From: Candidatus Parcubacteria bacterium
GTDB taxonomy: Bacteria > Patescibacteriota > Patescibacteriia > Patescibacteriales > UBA12075
Length of the DNA stretch: 64,000 nt
NCBI GenBank assembly: GCA_963814275.1
Contig: CAWFCE010000002.1
Location: 426,537 to 490,536, forward strand
Direction: 5' to 3'
Position numbers and translations under genes: made by a program. Below the pieces are notes generated by a model. The model did not search any database. It was not told the origin of the DNA and saw only the letters and a program-made list of their open reading frames with translations. Positions 38,401 to 53,400 of this stretch are shown here, piece after piece. Numbering within the stretch: the first letter of the stretch is position 1; each line of letters starts with the position of its first letter.

Positions 38401-41400
38401 ACCACGATCAATGCCAATGGCACTGACCGGTATCTGATCATCGCGCAGATGAAGATCGACGTCGAGACCGTCGGTGAATTCGCCGGAATCGAGCTTTATG
38501 ACGGCAGCCGTGTCATGGTGCAATCCATCCGCGATACCGAGGATACGAGTGACGAGATCCAGATTTTCACGGCCACTTCCACGGTTTTGGCCGCCGGCGA
38601 CAATACCATCACCCTGCGCGGCTGGGGGGAAACGGTTAATACCGGCAATCATGTCAATTCCCGCATTCTGGCCATCCGCCTGAATTATTACGATGATTTC
38701 AGTTGCGGCTTCCTGAATAATACGAATCTGGTCGGCGCCGCGCCAGCTGTCTACGCCAATACGTCCCTGGCTCTCTCGGAGGCCGGAGACGTGGTGGCGT
38801 TTTATTATGGCGCTTTTTCCGCGTCAGACCGGGATTCGGACGTATCGCTTCGCGCCCGTTATGATGCGAACATCCAGTACCAGATAACCGAAGATGATAT
38901 CGCCAATGGCGAGGGCCGGATCAATGTCTGGGATGTAAACGATATCGAACCGACCTTATGGTTCGACAAGATCTCGGTTGCCGATACCAATGCCCATACC
39001 TACGATTTGTCCTATGAGCGCGGGGGAACGGCCGGCGCCCAGGTGGATTACGCAATGGTTTGCGTCTGGAGCGAGGCGATCGAACCGTTCTTCAATGCTA
39101 CGGCTTACGCGCAGTACGAAAGCGACGCCACGACTACGATCGCCAACGGGGATTATACTGGCAATGAAGTATACCTGGAGGCGCGGGCCGAATATATGGA
39201 TCCGTCATCGACCGCGATCGATTATTATTTCCAGCTGGCCACCACTACGGGGAATTATATAAGTTCAAGGGCCGAACCGGGCGCGTATTGCAGTTCCGGT
39301 ACGGCGTATGATTCCTGCGGCCCGAAGGTCTGGCACGCCACTTCCGCTCCGGCTGCCGCGGACTGGTATGACGCGCATTGGCTGTACCGGATGCCCCTTA
39401 CCGTCAATGCAAGCCAAGTAGCGACGACGGCCGCGGATTTCGTGGTCCTGGCCACGACCACTGATGTCAACCTGGCTTATACAGGCAACGGCGGCCATAT
39501 GGCCAGCTCGAGCGGCGCTGATCTGGTGGTAACCGATGCTTCCGGCAATCCGCTCAATTACGAACGGGAATATTATTCGCCTACGACCGGTGAAGTAGTG
39601 CTATGGATCCAAACCGATATTTCCTCCACTACTGACACAGAATTATTCATTTATTACGGCAATCCGGCGGTTACTGCCGATATGTCGGCACCCGCCGCCA
39701 CCTGGAATTCGGATTTTGCCGGCGTCTGGCATCTGTCCGAAGGCGGTACCGGCACGCGCTACGATTCCACGGCCAACAGCTACGACGGCACCACCTCCGG
39801 CTACGAGGGGGATGAAGCCACTACCGGCCTAATTGACGGGGCCGACAGTTTCGAAGGCACCAACGATTATATCGATACCGGCCAGACGCCGACCAATATA
39901 GGCATAAACGGAGCCGCCCCTAAATCCGTCAGCGCCTGGGTTTATACCCGCGCTTTTGCCAATGACGGTATCTTTGAAATGGGTACCCATGCTGCTAGCC
40001 AGGATTATTGCCTGCGGACCACGGGTGCGGTTAATACTTGGCGGGGCCAATTCTGGGGCGGAGATATTGACTTTACCTACAATTCCGCTAACCGCTGGGT
40101 GCATTTTGTGACCGACTATGACGGCACTACTGTTCGTATTTACGCCAACGGAACTTTAGCGGCATCCGGAGCAAGGGCATTGAACACTACCGACACCATT
40201 CCTTTCCGGATCGCTTATTATGGCGGCGCCACCATTAACGCCGTTATTGACGAAGTCAGGGTTAGCAATGTATCGCGCACCCTGGGCTGGGTCAAAACAG
40301 AATTCAATAACCAGTCGAGCGTTGATACGTTTATGGATATCGGCGCGGAACAGCCGGGTGTGTTCATTGCCCAGGGGATCGTCAATATTCCTGGCATCGC
40401 CAATGATAACGATGGTTACAAATGGCAAGTCTTGGCCTGCGAGGACGGCGGCGGCTGTTCCTATTGGGACACTTTCAACGACAATGCCCCCAATTTCCGG
40501 GTGGACGCCAGTGCCCCGACACCACCAGGGGATTTGACGTTCTTTTCAAAAACCGACAGGGAGATCACATTGGATTTTGGCGCATCGTCGACTGACGCGA
40601 ACTTCGACCGTTATCGGCTTTATTATGCCACTTCTTCGCCGGTTACGGAGGACGACATCGAACAAATGGACGGCAATCTGCTTTATCAGGATTACCATGC
40701 CGCCGCGACCACGACTTTGTCCGGATTGCAGCCGGATACCACTTATTACATAAATATCTGGGCTTATGACATGTCCGGCAACAAGGCCAGCGCCACGCCG
40801 ATCACGGTTACGACCAGAACAGCCGGCCGCGCCAACACGGTATATTTCCTGGCCGGCGAGTACAACGGCAATGGTTTGACCGGACAGAACAGCAACGCTT
40901 CCAACACCCTGCCGGCATTCAATATCTATCTGGCTGAAGATGATGTGGCGGTCGAAAACGCTTACATTGTTTTTGAAACGCAATTCGAGGGCTATAACAG
41001 CGATTCGGCGGATTTTACCGGCTATTCCCTGGCTTTCGACACTTGCGCTTCCCCCTGCGCGCCGGCGCCCTGGACCGGCAGCGGCAGACGCGTGGAGCGG
41101 GACACGACCGCGCTGGCCTACGACGACAATGACGGCGGCAGCCGGCACGCCCGCCTGGTGTTCGATGTGACAAATGAGCTGGAACTGAAGCGATATGCGG
41201 GCGCTTCGACCTTGTCGGCCCGTCTGGGCTATTATCTGGAGACCGATGCCGCCCGCAATTCGATCGCCTATGCCAGCGCCATGCTGGTATTGACCTATTC
41301 TTATTCTCCCTCAAGCGAATCTTTGACCAATACGGTGTTTTATCCCCTTGAATCAACCATCGGACAAGGCTCAATGCCGAGCGGCCAGGCTGATAACTGC

Positions 41401-44400
41401 ACCCTGGATTCCGACTGCCCGCTTTTTACCTATAACATGTATTTGCCGGAATTTGCCGATTCGCCGGGCGGCAAAAAGCTCAACCAATGGTTTGAGACCC
41501 ACAATACCCCCGACAATAACCGGGCGGACGATATTTACATCGATCTGAATATCGAAGCCAACGGCACGCCCGGCAGTACCAGGATTTTCGAGGCTGGCAA
41601 CACCAATAATGGCGAAGGTTCCCTACCGCCTTTTTATTTCACTAATATTCCGGGATATAGTGAAAATACCACCGCCACCCTGGAATACCATGCCTCGACC
41701 AGCCCCAATTTCAGCCCGATCTATTACCTGATCGGCGGCGAAGCGGCCGAAACATATACCGCTTCACGGACGGCCGCGGTCAAGACCAGGACAGTCCGGA
41801 TACCGGTCGGGGTAGTCAACGCCGGATTGACCACGGCTACGACCAGCGCGTCGGTCAGCGTGTATTTTCCGGAAAATGGCGCATCAAGCGGCATCGTCAA
41901 TATCAAAAAGGCCTGGTTCAGGATCAATACCAATATGCCGACGCGCGGGCCCACTTATATGAACGTGGAAACCAGGACCGGCGCTAATGCCACCACTGCG
42001 CCTATCCGTTATGAATATTCGACGACCCGGGTGGCCGGCCGTCCCAGCGTGATGTTTAACCATATAATCCCCGAGTCCGATTATGCCGCATTGGCCGCCG
42101 CTAACGGTGTTACCGCTGTGCCGGTGGCCATTACGACCAGGAACGATCTGGGCACGGTACCGGGTGTTACCTCCGCTGAGCTGGTCATTACCTATACCTA
42201 TACCGACGAGCAGGACGGTTATTTGTCGAGTCATGCCCTTTTTGCGGGCCAGCCCCATATACCGGCTAACGCTTTGACAGCGACAACGACGACCGCCCGC
42301 TTTGTCGCTCCCGAATATGACGATAGCCACAAAACTTTGCTGGCGGCCGGCCTGCTTTCCCATTTCCATTTCAGCGGCAATGACGGCAACGGGGTAGGCG
42401 GCGTTACATTCAAGTCCGGCGCCGGACTGGCCATAGCCAGCCCTTATGCCAGCACATCATTGGCCCTGATGACGGATGGCGTCAACGGCCTGGGTGAATT
42501 TTATCAAAATGTGACCACTGCCATGACCCCTAATCATGATATCAGTTATGAAACGATATATGTCAATGACGGCGGCAATGATCCGACCTCGGACGGGGCC
42601 AAGATGGGCGGCCAGCTGATCTATACATACGGCTATTATAATCCGGCGGCTATCAAAATATCCGACTTAGAACAATATAAATCAGATGCCAGCACCACTA
42701 TAGCAAACCAGGCCTGGACTGATGAAAATCAGGTCGTGTTGGAAGCGAAAGGCGAAGCCAACGGTGAGCTGACTTATTATTTCGAAGCCCGTGATGCTTA
42801 TAGCCAGTTCGCCACCTCGACCGACGAACCGGAAGATGGTTGCGCCTCAGGCACAGCTTTCGGGTCTTGCCCGAGCAAGATTTGGAGCGTGACCGCCACC
42901 AATACCAGTGACTGGTACGACATCGGTTGGCTGTATCGCAAGCAGATCACGATCCATGCCAGCCAGGTGGCGACAACCACCAGCGGGTTTCCGGTTTTGG
43001 CGACGACCACTGATGCTGAGTTTGCGTACAGTTCGCATGGCGGACATGTCGCCAGTTCGACCGGCGCCGATTTTGTGATTACCGGTGCGGATGGGGTTAC
43101 GGCTGTCCCGTATGAACGTGAATACTACTCTTCTTCCACCGGTGAGATCGTTTTTTGGGTCAAGACCGATATTTCCTCCACCACCGATACCGCTTTGTAT
43201 ATTTATTACGGTAATGCCGACATCGATTCCGATAAGTCATCACCGGCCGCTGTCTGGAATTCGGAATTCAAAGGCGTATGGCATTTAGGCGAAGAAAGCG
43301 GCATCCGATTCGATTCCACAGCCAATAATCGCGACGGTTCGCCGGTAACATTTGAGGGGGATGAAGCATATTCGACCTACATCGACGGCGGTTTGGACCT
43401 GGACGGTAATGATGATTATCTGCATGTCGGGGCGGTCGGGATTACCGGCGGCGCGGTGCGTACGATCTCCGGCTGGGTCAGGACCGACGACACTGCGCAG
43501 AACGACTGGACCGATATTTTCGGTTTCGCCGGCGGTACTGCCGCCAACCAGTTCTTCGACGTGGAAGTCGATGGCGGCGGCGGCTGTCCCGGCAACGGAT
43601 ATATCGTCCATGTCTATGGCGCCGAATGGTGTATCATGAATAACTGGGATACGGCCTGGCACCATATCGTGGTGACCTACAACGGCAGCCAGGTCAAGGG
43701 CTGGCTGGACGGGGCCAATACCCTGACCCAGGCTTATGGCGCCCTGAATGCGGCCGATAACGTTCAAATGGGCCAGCGCAATGATAATGCCAACAATTTC
43801 AACGGTAAGATAGACGAGGTCCGGGTGGCGGATGTGGTGCGCACCCCGGGCTGGATCATTACCGAACATAATAACCAGAGTAATAACGGTGATTTCCTTG
43901 CTTTCGATACTGAAGAGACCGGGCCGGCCCTGAATCCGGCGCAAGCGAGCATTACCGGTCTGCCGGAAAGTAGCGCCGGTTATCAGTGGCAAGCCATGGC
44001 CTGTGATGACGGCGGTGTTTGCAGCGCCTGGAAACCATTCGGCGTTCCGCCTAATTTCCGGGTTGATTTGACTCCGCCAACCGCGCCCGGCAATCTGACT
44101 TTGAATACCCGCGATAGCCGCAGTATCACGGTCGATTATGATTTCGCCACTGTTGAGAGCAATTTCGCTTATTATAAGATTTTTTATAAGGAAGGCGGCG
44201 CGGGGGTTACCGTCAATGACAGCGAACATAGCGACGACAATCTGCTTGCCCAGAATTATAACGGCGAAGGCGGTACGACTATTACCGGTTTGCAGCCGGG
44301 GGTAACCTACGCTATCAATATCTGGGCCTATGATCTGGCCGGAAACAAGACTCCGGCCGCGATTGAGTTAACCGCGTCAACCGATGAGGCCGGCCGCGCC

Positions 44401-47400
44401 CGGACGGTACAATTTATGGCCGGCCGGTATTCCGGCGACGGTACAACCGGTCTGTTAACCGACACAGATCAGGATTTGGACGGATTCGAATTCGCCTTAG
44501 CCGAGGATAATGTCTATATCGAAGACGCCTATCTGATCTATGAATTGCATTATGACGTATATGGTATCGATACCGACCCTTACACCGGTTATGAATTAGC
44601 CTTCGATGCCTGTCAGGAACCTTGCGATCCCAATCCGTTCGGCGGCAGCGGCTTAACAATCGAAGATACTACGGTACTCAGCTGGAATGACGACGGCGGA
44701 GCTTACGCCCGTTTGCTTTTCGACATAAGCGATGAGCCGGAAATCGCCGCTTATGCCGGCGGCGGTATTCCCTACGAAGGCAAAGCCGGCTTTCGCCTGA
44801 ATAAAGCAGCTCCCACTAATTCGATCGCCTATGCGTCGGCCCGGCTGGTGATAACCTATACCAGCGACCGGGACAGTGAAAATATCACAAATACGGTGAT
44901 CTATCCGCTGGAATCCCTGACCGGCACCGACCAGGGCAGCCGCCAGGTATATGAGGACGATAATTGCACGTTGGATTCGGATTGCCCGCTATTCGGTTAT
45001 AATATGTCTTTGCCGGAGTTCGTTACATCGCCCGCGCCGGAGAGATTACAGCAGTGGTTCCAGCTATACGACTCTCCTTACAATAACCAAGAAACCGATG
45101 TTTACGTCGATGTCAATATCGAAGGTGATGATACTTTGAGCGATCCCCATATTTTCGAGGCCGGTTATAACGGCAGCGGCGAAGGCACCATGCCGACCAT
45201 GTTTTACAGCGACGTGAGCGGGTACGGGGAAAATACCGACCAGGCCCTGGAGTACCGGGCCTCCTCCAGTCCCGCGCGCAACCCCGATTTCTATCTCATC
45301 GGCGGCGAAGTGGTCGAGACTTATGTCGCTTCGTCCTCCGCCGGTGTAAAGACCCGGACCGTGTCTTTCCCCCTGGGAGTGGTCAACAACGGACAGACAG
45401 ACGCGACGACCAGCGCCGAAGCGAATGTGTATTTCCCCGAAAACGGTTCGACCGGCGGTAAAGTGACCGTTAAGAAAGCCTGGTTCAGGATATTGACGAG
45501 TAACCGCGAGGTTATCGACGTGTCTACTGCCGTCTCCACGAAAGTGGGAGATAACAGTACCACTACCGACCGGACCTATCATTATATCGCCAATGCCTGG
45601 GCAACCAAACCGACCCACGATATCATCCATATCATACCGAGCGCTGACTATTCGGCCCTATCCCAAGCAGACGGCATTAACCCGGTTACGGTCAGATTGA
45701 ACACCGCCAACAGCGCTACGACCACGCCGGACGGCTTATCCGCCGAATTGATGATCACCTATACGTATTCGGATGAAACCGAAGGATACCTGAATAGCTT
45801 ATCCGTCTTTGGCGGGCAATCGGCTGAGGCCGGCAATTCCACCGATACGACGGTCAGCACCGCCGATTCGGTCATGCCTGAAGGCGGTAATAAGACCATA
45901 CTGGCCGCGGCGCTCAAAGCCAATTATTTGATTACCGGTTCCAATGCTATCAATAACGATCCGATCTTCAAGTTGGGCGCCGGTTTGGGGACCACCACCC
46001 CGAGCACCGTTAATAATTTCAATGCCCGTCCGGACAACCGCAATGCGCTGGTTACCTGGTATCAGGATGTCAGCCAATCGCTGGGTATCGTCCACAATAC
46101 CCCCTATCTGGTCCGTTACACCAATGACGGCGATGCCGACAGCAGCCATGACGGCGCCAAGATGGGCGGCGAGCTCATTTATACCTATCAGTATTATCAG
46201 GCTGAACCCGTCGTCGTCACCGCCAATGAGCAGTACAAAGGCGATGCCGCCACCGTTATCCCCAACCAAAGCTGGACCAACGAAAATCAGGTGGTGCTGG
46301 ACAGTGTCGCTTTCGACAACGGCACCAGCACCGCTATCGATTTTTATTTCGAAGTGCTCGGTAACAGCGGCACCTTTACCCCGACTTCGACTGTCCCGGC
46401 TTCATCATGCGCTTCCGGCGTCAGCTGGGGGTCCTGTGGCGCCAAAGTGTGGACCGATACCGTCAATGCGGAAACCGAGTGGTACGATCCCGCGTGGTCT
46501 TACCGCAAGAAACTGACGATCAATGCCAGTAATGTCAATGTCACGACTGATGATTTTGCGGTTTTGGCCACTACTACCGATCCCAATCTGGCTTACACCG
46601 CTTATGGCGGCCATATGGGATCATCCACCGGCGCCGATATCGTGATCACCGATTCGGATACCCTGACCCCCCTTGATTACGAACGCGAGTATTACGATGA
46701 AACGACCGGTGAGATCATGCTCTGGATCAGGACCGATATATCCACTTCAACCAATAAGATTCTATACATCTACTACGGCAATCCCTCTGTCAGTCAGGAT
46801 ATGTCCACCAGCACCGGAGTATGGGACAGCGATTACGCGGCCGTTTGGCATCTGGACGAAACCGGCAGCGGGGCGGCAGGCGAGTACAAGGACAGTACCA
46901 ATTACGGCAATGACTGCCGGGGCGGCGGCGGTACAGCCGCGCGCGTCCCGGCCCGCGCCGGCAGTGTTCTGGGCGGCTATGCCCAGGATTTCGACGGGGT
47001 GCAGAACGCCAATGGCGACTACCTGGACTGCGGCAACGGCAGCGCTTTGACCGGAACGAAAGGGGCGATTACCGTCTCCGCCTGGATCCGGCATGATCCG
47101 ACCGCGGCTGACGGCCACATCGGGGCGGATGGCGGCGGCTGGGGCCAGAACGGCTTTTCTTTCTTCTGGCTCAATGACCATATCCGCATCGAGTATAACG
47201 GCGATACGGATGATGATTCGAATATCACAGACGATGGGGAATGGCACTATGTGGTCAATACCTGGGACCAGGCGACCGATATAAAATACATCTATGTCGA
47301 CGGGGTGCAGGAGAATATCGGCGTATACGCCGGCGCCCAGATCAATGCCGGCGCGTACAACATGAACATCGGCCGCATGGCCAATCAGCCCAATAATTAC

Positions 47401-50400
47401 CTCTTCGGCGGGGAGATCGACGAATTCCGCGTGTCCAATATCAGCCGCGACGCTGATTGGATCCAGACCGAGTACAACAACCAGCACGACGCGAACAGCT
47501 TTATTTCTTTTGCCGGCGTGGAAGATTCATATTTATCGCCGTTGATCGAGGGCCAGGTGAATGTGACCGGTATTCCGGATTCGGCCAGCGGCTACAAATG
47601 GCAGGTGATCGCCTGTGACGACAGCGATGTTTGCTCCAGCTGGGACCAATTTGACACACCGCCCAATTTCAAAGTGGACGCTACTCCGCCCTTGGCGCCG
47701 GATGACCTGACACTGGCCACCACTACCCCCACCTCCATTACGGTCGAATTCAACGGGCCGGCCGCGGATGTTAATTTTGCCTATTACAAGATATTTTACA
47801 AGGAGGGATTGTCCGGTGTTACCATAGGTGATATCGAACATACAGACAGCAACTTGGACTATATAAATTATAATCATGCCACCTCGACCACCATTACCGG
47901 TTTGCAGGCCTATACCCAGTATGTAATAAATATTTGGGCTTACGACTGGGCGGGCAATTATACCGGGGCCCAGGAAATCCAGGTCACGACCGCCCAAGCC
48001 AATCACGCGCGGGCCAATTCCGTCACCTTCCTGGCCGGTACCTATTCCGGCAACGGTCTGGTCGGCAAGCAGTCGAATACCAACCAAAGTTTCAGTGCGT
48101 TCAATCTGCGCTTGGGTGAGACCGCAGTCGATATCCGCAACGCTTATATCATGCTTGAAGCCCAAATCGAAGCATATTTGCCGGCGACCACCACCAATGG
48201 CTTCCAGCTGGCTTTTGACGCCTGCGCCGAGCCCTGCACGGCCAATGCCTGGACCGGCTCCAGCTCCGTGATCTATACCGATTCGAAAGTGCTGGCTTAT
48301 CCGGATGATTCCAGCAAGCAGGTCCGGGTGATGGCCGACGTTACCGACGAGGCCCAATTAGCCGCTTATGCCGGCGATTCCGGGCTATTGGAAGCCCAGG
48401 TCGGCTACCGTTTCAACAATAATCAGGCGATCAATTCGATCGCCAGCGCCCGCGCCTGGCTGGTGCTTACCTATGCGTATGATTCCGACAATTCCAGTGA
48501 TTTTACCAACACGGTATATTATCCGCTCGATTCCCGCGCCGGCAATGACAGCGGCAGCAGCCAGAACCGGATAAACGACGACTGTGTCCTCAATTCCACC
48601 TGTCCGCTTTTCGGTTTCAATGCCACCATACCGGAAGTATCCGCCGATCAGGGACATTGGTTCGAAGTGTTCATGGCTAACGTGGGGAACGGCGCGAATG
48701 ACAATACCATTAACGCCAATATCCAGGGCACGGATGTGAATAGCGTCAGTTTCATCCATGAAGCGGCCCTGACCAATGACCAGAATAATTTCCCCCGCAT
48801 CGTGATCCCGGACAAAGCCGATAATATGGGCTTTGCCGAGAATGCCGCCAAGATATTGGAGATTCGCGGCATCGGCGCCGGCAACGGCCGCTACGATATG
48901 ATGGGCGGCGAAGTGGTGGAAACCTACATCGCACCCATGAACGCGGCACGAAGGACACGGACCGTGTCTTATCCGATCGGCGTTTTGAGCAAGGGCCAAA
49001 GTACGGCTACTTCGACCGGCTATGCCGATATATATTTCCCGGAGAACGGCCGGGGCAGCGGCGTCGTGAATATCGAACGGGCCTGGTTCAGGGTCAAAAG
49101 CAACTATGCCCAGAACGCCGATGCTTACCTGGAGCTTAGCGATCGGATCAGCGGTGCTGCCACCTCTTCGCTTTACCGGTACTACGTAAATTCCGGCAAC
49201 CGGACGATCAAGACCGATTTTACCGTGATCCATATTATTGCCACTTCCACTTACGGCAATCTCGAAGCCGCCAATGCCAGCAGCTCGGTGCGGATCTGGC
49301 TCACCACCCACAACACCAGCGATCTGATGGGCGGCACCGCGGCCGAATTGATGATAACCTATACCTATAGCGATGAATCAAGCGGTTATCAGGCCAGTCT
49401 TAACCTGTTCGGCGGGCAGAGCCAGCAGGACGGTAATGCCCATTTAGAAACCCAGAAGCTGCCACCGGCGGTGTTTCCCGAATTGCGCGGCGACAAAACG
49501 CTTCTGGCCGCCGCCCTGCAGCCGAGCTTCCTGGTCAGTGATGACGACGGGAATTTGGGGGCGTTTTATATCGAATTGGACGCCAATATCGATAAAACCA
49601 GCCCGGTTTGCGCCGCCACTTATGACGTGGCCGTCGATGGCCGCGACAACTGGGCCGAATTTTACCGTAATGTCACCGCGGCCATGGATTCGACCGACAA
49701 CGAAACGTATTATGCCTGCTATTCCGATGAGCAAACCAGCGATGATACGTCCGGGGCTAAGATGAACGCACAATGGAAGTATACCTATATGTGGCAAGCG
49801 CCGCCGATCGAACTGACCGAAAACGACTGGCGCTGGTATGCCAACGCCAATTCGGCCCAGCCGGGAGCAGCCAAAGCCGCCACCAATACCGCGGTTACGA
49901 ATGTCAATATCGGCGATGCCCTGCGCCTCAGGATGAATGTCGGTGTCAGCAAGGATACCCTGGCTGCCAGTACGCTGACTTTCAAACTGCAGTTCGCCCC
50001 CGGCTCAGACTGCCTTTCCGCCTCCCCCTGGACCGATGTCGGCGGCATCGGCAGCAACGCCCTGTGGCGGGGCTACAATAATACCGCCCCCGCGGATGGG
50101 GCCACCCTGAGCGGCAGCGGCGCCTTGCTCTATACGACCGACGCGGCACAGTCTTATGAGGAAGCTAACCCCAGCGTTTCCAATCCCCGTTCGATCGGAG
50201 TGGGGGAGTATGGCGAATGGGATTGGGTTGTCTATAATTACAATGCCTCAAGTTCGCCTTATTGTTTCCGCATGGTCAAGGGTAACGGCGACGAATTCGA
50301 AGACTACTTGGTCGATTCCTATGCCAAGCTCAACACCGCCCCGGCCAATACCGCGCCCGACAGCCCGGCCTCCCTGCTGCAATACCGGACCGATTCCGGC

Positions 50401-53400
50401 GCCGTAGTCGCCAATCTGGGATGGGCGAATTATAACGGTATGCAATTTCGGTCAACCGCCATCGATCCAAATATCAACGAAACGATTACCATATATTACG
50501 AACTGTTGCCGACCAGCGGCACCTTCAAAACCGCCACCAGCGTGCCCGCCGGCGCTTGCGCCTCCGGCACTGCTTACGGCAGCTGCGGCAGCAAAGTCTG
50601 GTCAGCGGGCAGCAGCCAGGGCGATTACCGGTCAACAGGATTTACCGGTATGGTCACCGTGCCCGGGATCGCCACCAGCAGCACGAACTACAAATGGCAA
50701 GTGATGGCGTGCGACAAGGATGGCGCGTGTTCCGGCTGGACCAATCCGGGGACCACCCCTAATTTCCGCCTCGATATGACACCCCCGACCCCGCCGGGCA
50801 GCCTGACCCTGGATACCGCCAGCGCGACCAGCATGCTCATCAAATTCGGCGCCACTTCCACAGAAGCCAATTTCAGCCGCTACCGCATCTATTATAAGGT
50901 CGGCAGCGGCAATGTGACGGCCGCGGACACCCAGCATAGCGACAATAATCTGCTCAATATCCTGTATAACGGCGCGACTACGACCACAGTGGTAAATCTG
51001 TCGGCCGGCACGGATTATACGCTCAATATCTGGGCTTACGATCTGGCAGGCAACCGGGCGACCGCTACCGTCGAATTGATCGCTTCGACCACGAGTTCTT
51101 TCACGCCGCCGGTCGGGCTGATCAACAGCACCGTACAGAAAACGGATGGTTCGGGCGTCGTGGATGTCGTGTTCCAGGCCGATGACCCAGATAATGACGA
51201 TACCCTGCGCGCCCGGTTGATGTACCAGGAGGGCATCAATTGCGATTTTTCCGCGGGAATTTACAGCAGCGCGACTTTGAGCCAGATCGATGCCGACACC
51301 ACCGCCACCTATGGCGACCCCAAAGTGGATAACGGGCAGACATACCAGGTCGGTACTGCGAGCGGCTGGATAATTACTTCGCCCGGTGCTAATTTCGTGT
51401 TTACCGACTGGGATACCAAAGCCGATATTCCCGATGCCAACGGCACTTATTGCGTGGGGTTGAGAGTCAATGACGGTATGTACGACCAATCCGCCACCCA
51501 GACCAAGCTGCTTATTATCGACAATGTCGCCCCGTCCGTACCGGCCGCCCTCAGCACGTCCAGTATCGGCTATAACAGTATTGTTCTGGAACTCAATACT
51601 CCGTATAGCAGCGATCCCCGCTTCGACAAATACCGGATCTATTACAAAAAAGGCAGCGGCGGCGTGTCGGAGAGCGATACCGAGCATGTTGACGCTAAAT
51701 TGAATTCAGTCAATTACGGCGGCGCCACATCTACCCTGGTAGCCGGACTACAGGCGGATACCTATTATACTTTCAACATCTGGGCCTATGACACCCGCGG
51801 CAATCGTGCCAGCTCGACCGAGATTACGGTCAAGACCAACGCTTCCCCGGCCAATATCGCGGCCCTGCAACAATATAAATTCGACGGCATTACGGCTGTC
51901 GCCAACCAGAGCTGGACCGATGAGGACCGGATCCGCTTGCGCGGCGCGGTCCATGACCAGGACGCGGGCGACAATATCACCTTCTACTATGAGCTGTTGG
52001 GCAATGGCAGCACCTTCACCGGCGCGGCCACGAAGCCGGCCACATCCTGCCCGAGCGGGGCATCCTGGGCTGCCTGTGCCCCGAAAATCTGGGATATCTC
52101 CACCACTTCCAGTGAATTGCCCCAGGACTGGTACCACGAAGACTGGCTTTACCGCAAACCGTTAACGATCGCTGCCGCGGAGGTGCCTCAGGACCAGAAC
52201 GATTTTCCGGTATTGGTCCATATTACCGATACCGATCTGGCGGCCAAGGCCCTGACCAGCGGCTATGACCTGATCTTTACCGATGCCGGAGGGACCAGCA
52301 CCCTGCCCTATGAGCGCGAATACTGGGACGAATCGACCGGCGAGCTCGTCGCCTGGGTAAAAACCGACATCTCCGGCACGGTCGATACGGAAATCTATCT
52401 GTATTACGGCAACGGCAAGGCCGAAACCGACCCCGCCACCACGATCGGGGTCTGGGACAGCGACTATCGGGGTGTCTGGCATTTGGATGAGGACGTGGTG
52501 GATGAGGGCAGCCAGGCCGGCGCGCATGGCGATTCGACCGCCTACGGCAATAACGGCGACCAGGCAGGCAACAATGAAACGGCCGGCTTGATCGGCCAGG
52601 GCCAGGAATTCGATGGTAACGATTATGTGGACATAGCCGATAATGCCAGCCTGGACCTGAGCAGCGAGCTTACCCTGTCCGCGTGGATCTATGATAGCGG
52701 CGGAGGCGGCACTTGGAGCTATAAGCGTTCGATCAGCTTAAGCACAACGACCGCTGCAGACGATTATCAGATCAAAGTGGATCTGGGTGCCGGTTATAAT
52801 TTCGATTATGATAAGGCGGATGAGGACGGCGATGACCTGCGTTTCTACGATACCAATGAAAACGAGCTTGATTATTGGATCGAGACCTGGAATCCGGCGG
52901 GCACTTCCACGGTTTGGGTCAAAGTTGCCGCGGCCGGCACCGATGAGCTGGTGATGTATTACGGCAATTCCGCCGCCGGCGCGATGAGCGACTTTGACGG
53001 CATGTTCACCCAGGGCGGCTTGCGGTATTTCTATTATGACGGGATTGCTTTTGACAGTTTCCAGGGTACGGATATCGATTCCGCCATTAATTTCAATTTC
53101 CCCGATCCGCAAGTGGTGCAGATCAACGGCAATGCCTGGGAAGACCAGGTGGACACCTGCTCTATCCGCTGGGAAGGTTTTGTCGAACGGGATCATCCCG
53201 GCAGCCATACTATGTGGGGCGGCGGCGACGACGGCTACCGCCTCTATATGCCCACCGGCGCATCGACCGAACTTTTGGGGGAGTGGTATAACCATGGCTG
53301 GCAGCAGGACAGCGGCGTATATGATTTCACCAACCAGCAATATTCTTCCCTGACTTTCGAATTCTATGAGAACGGCGGTACGGCCCGAACAGCCCTGCAG

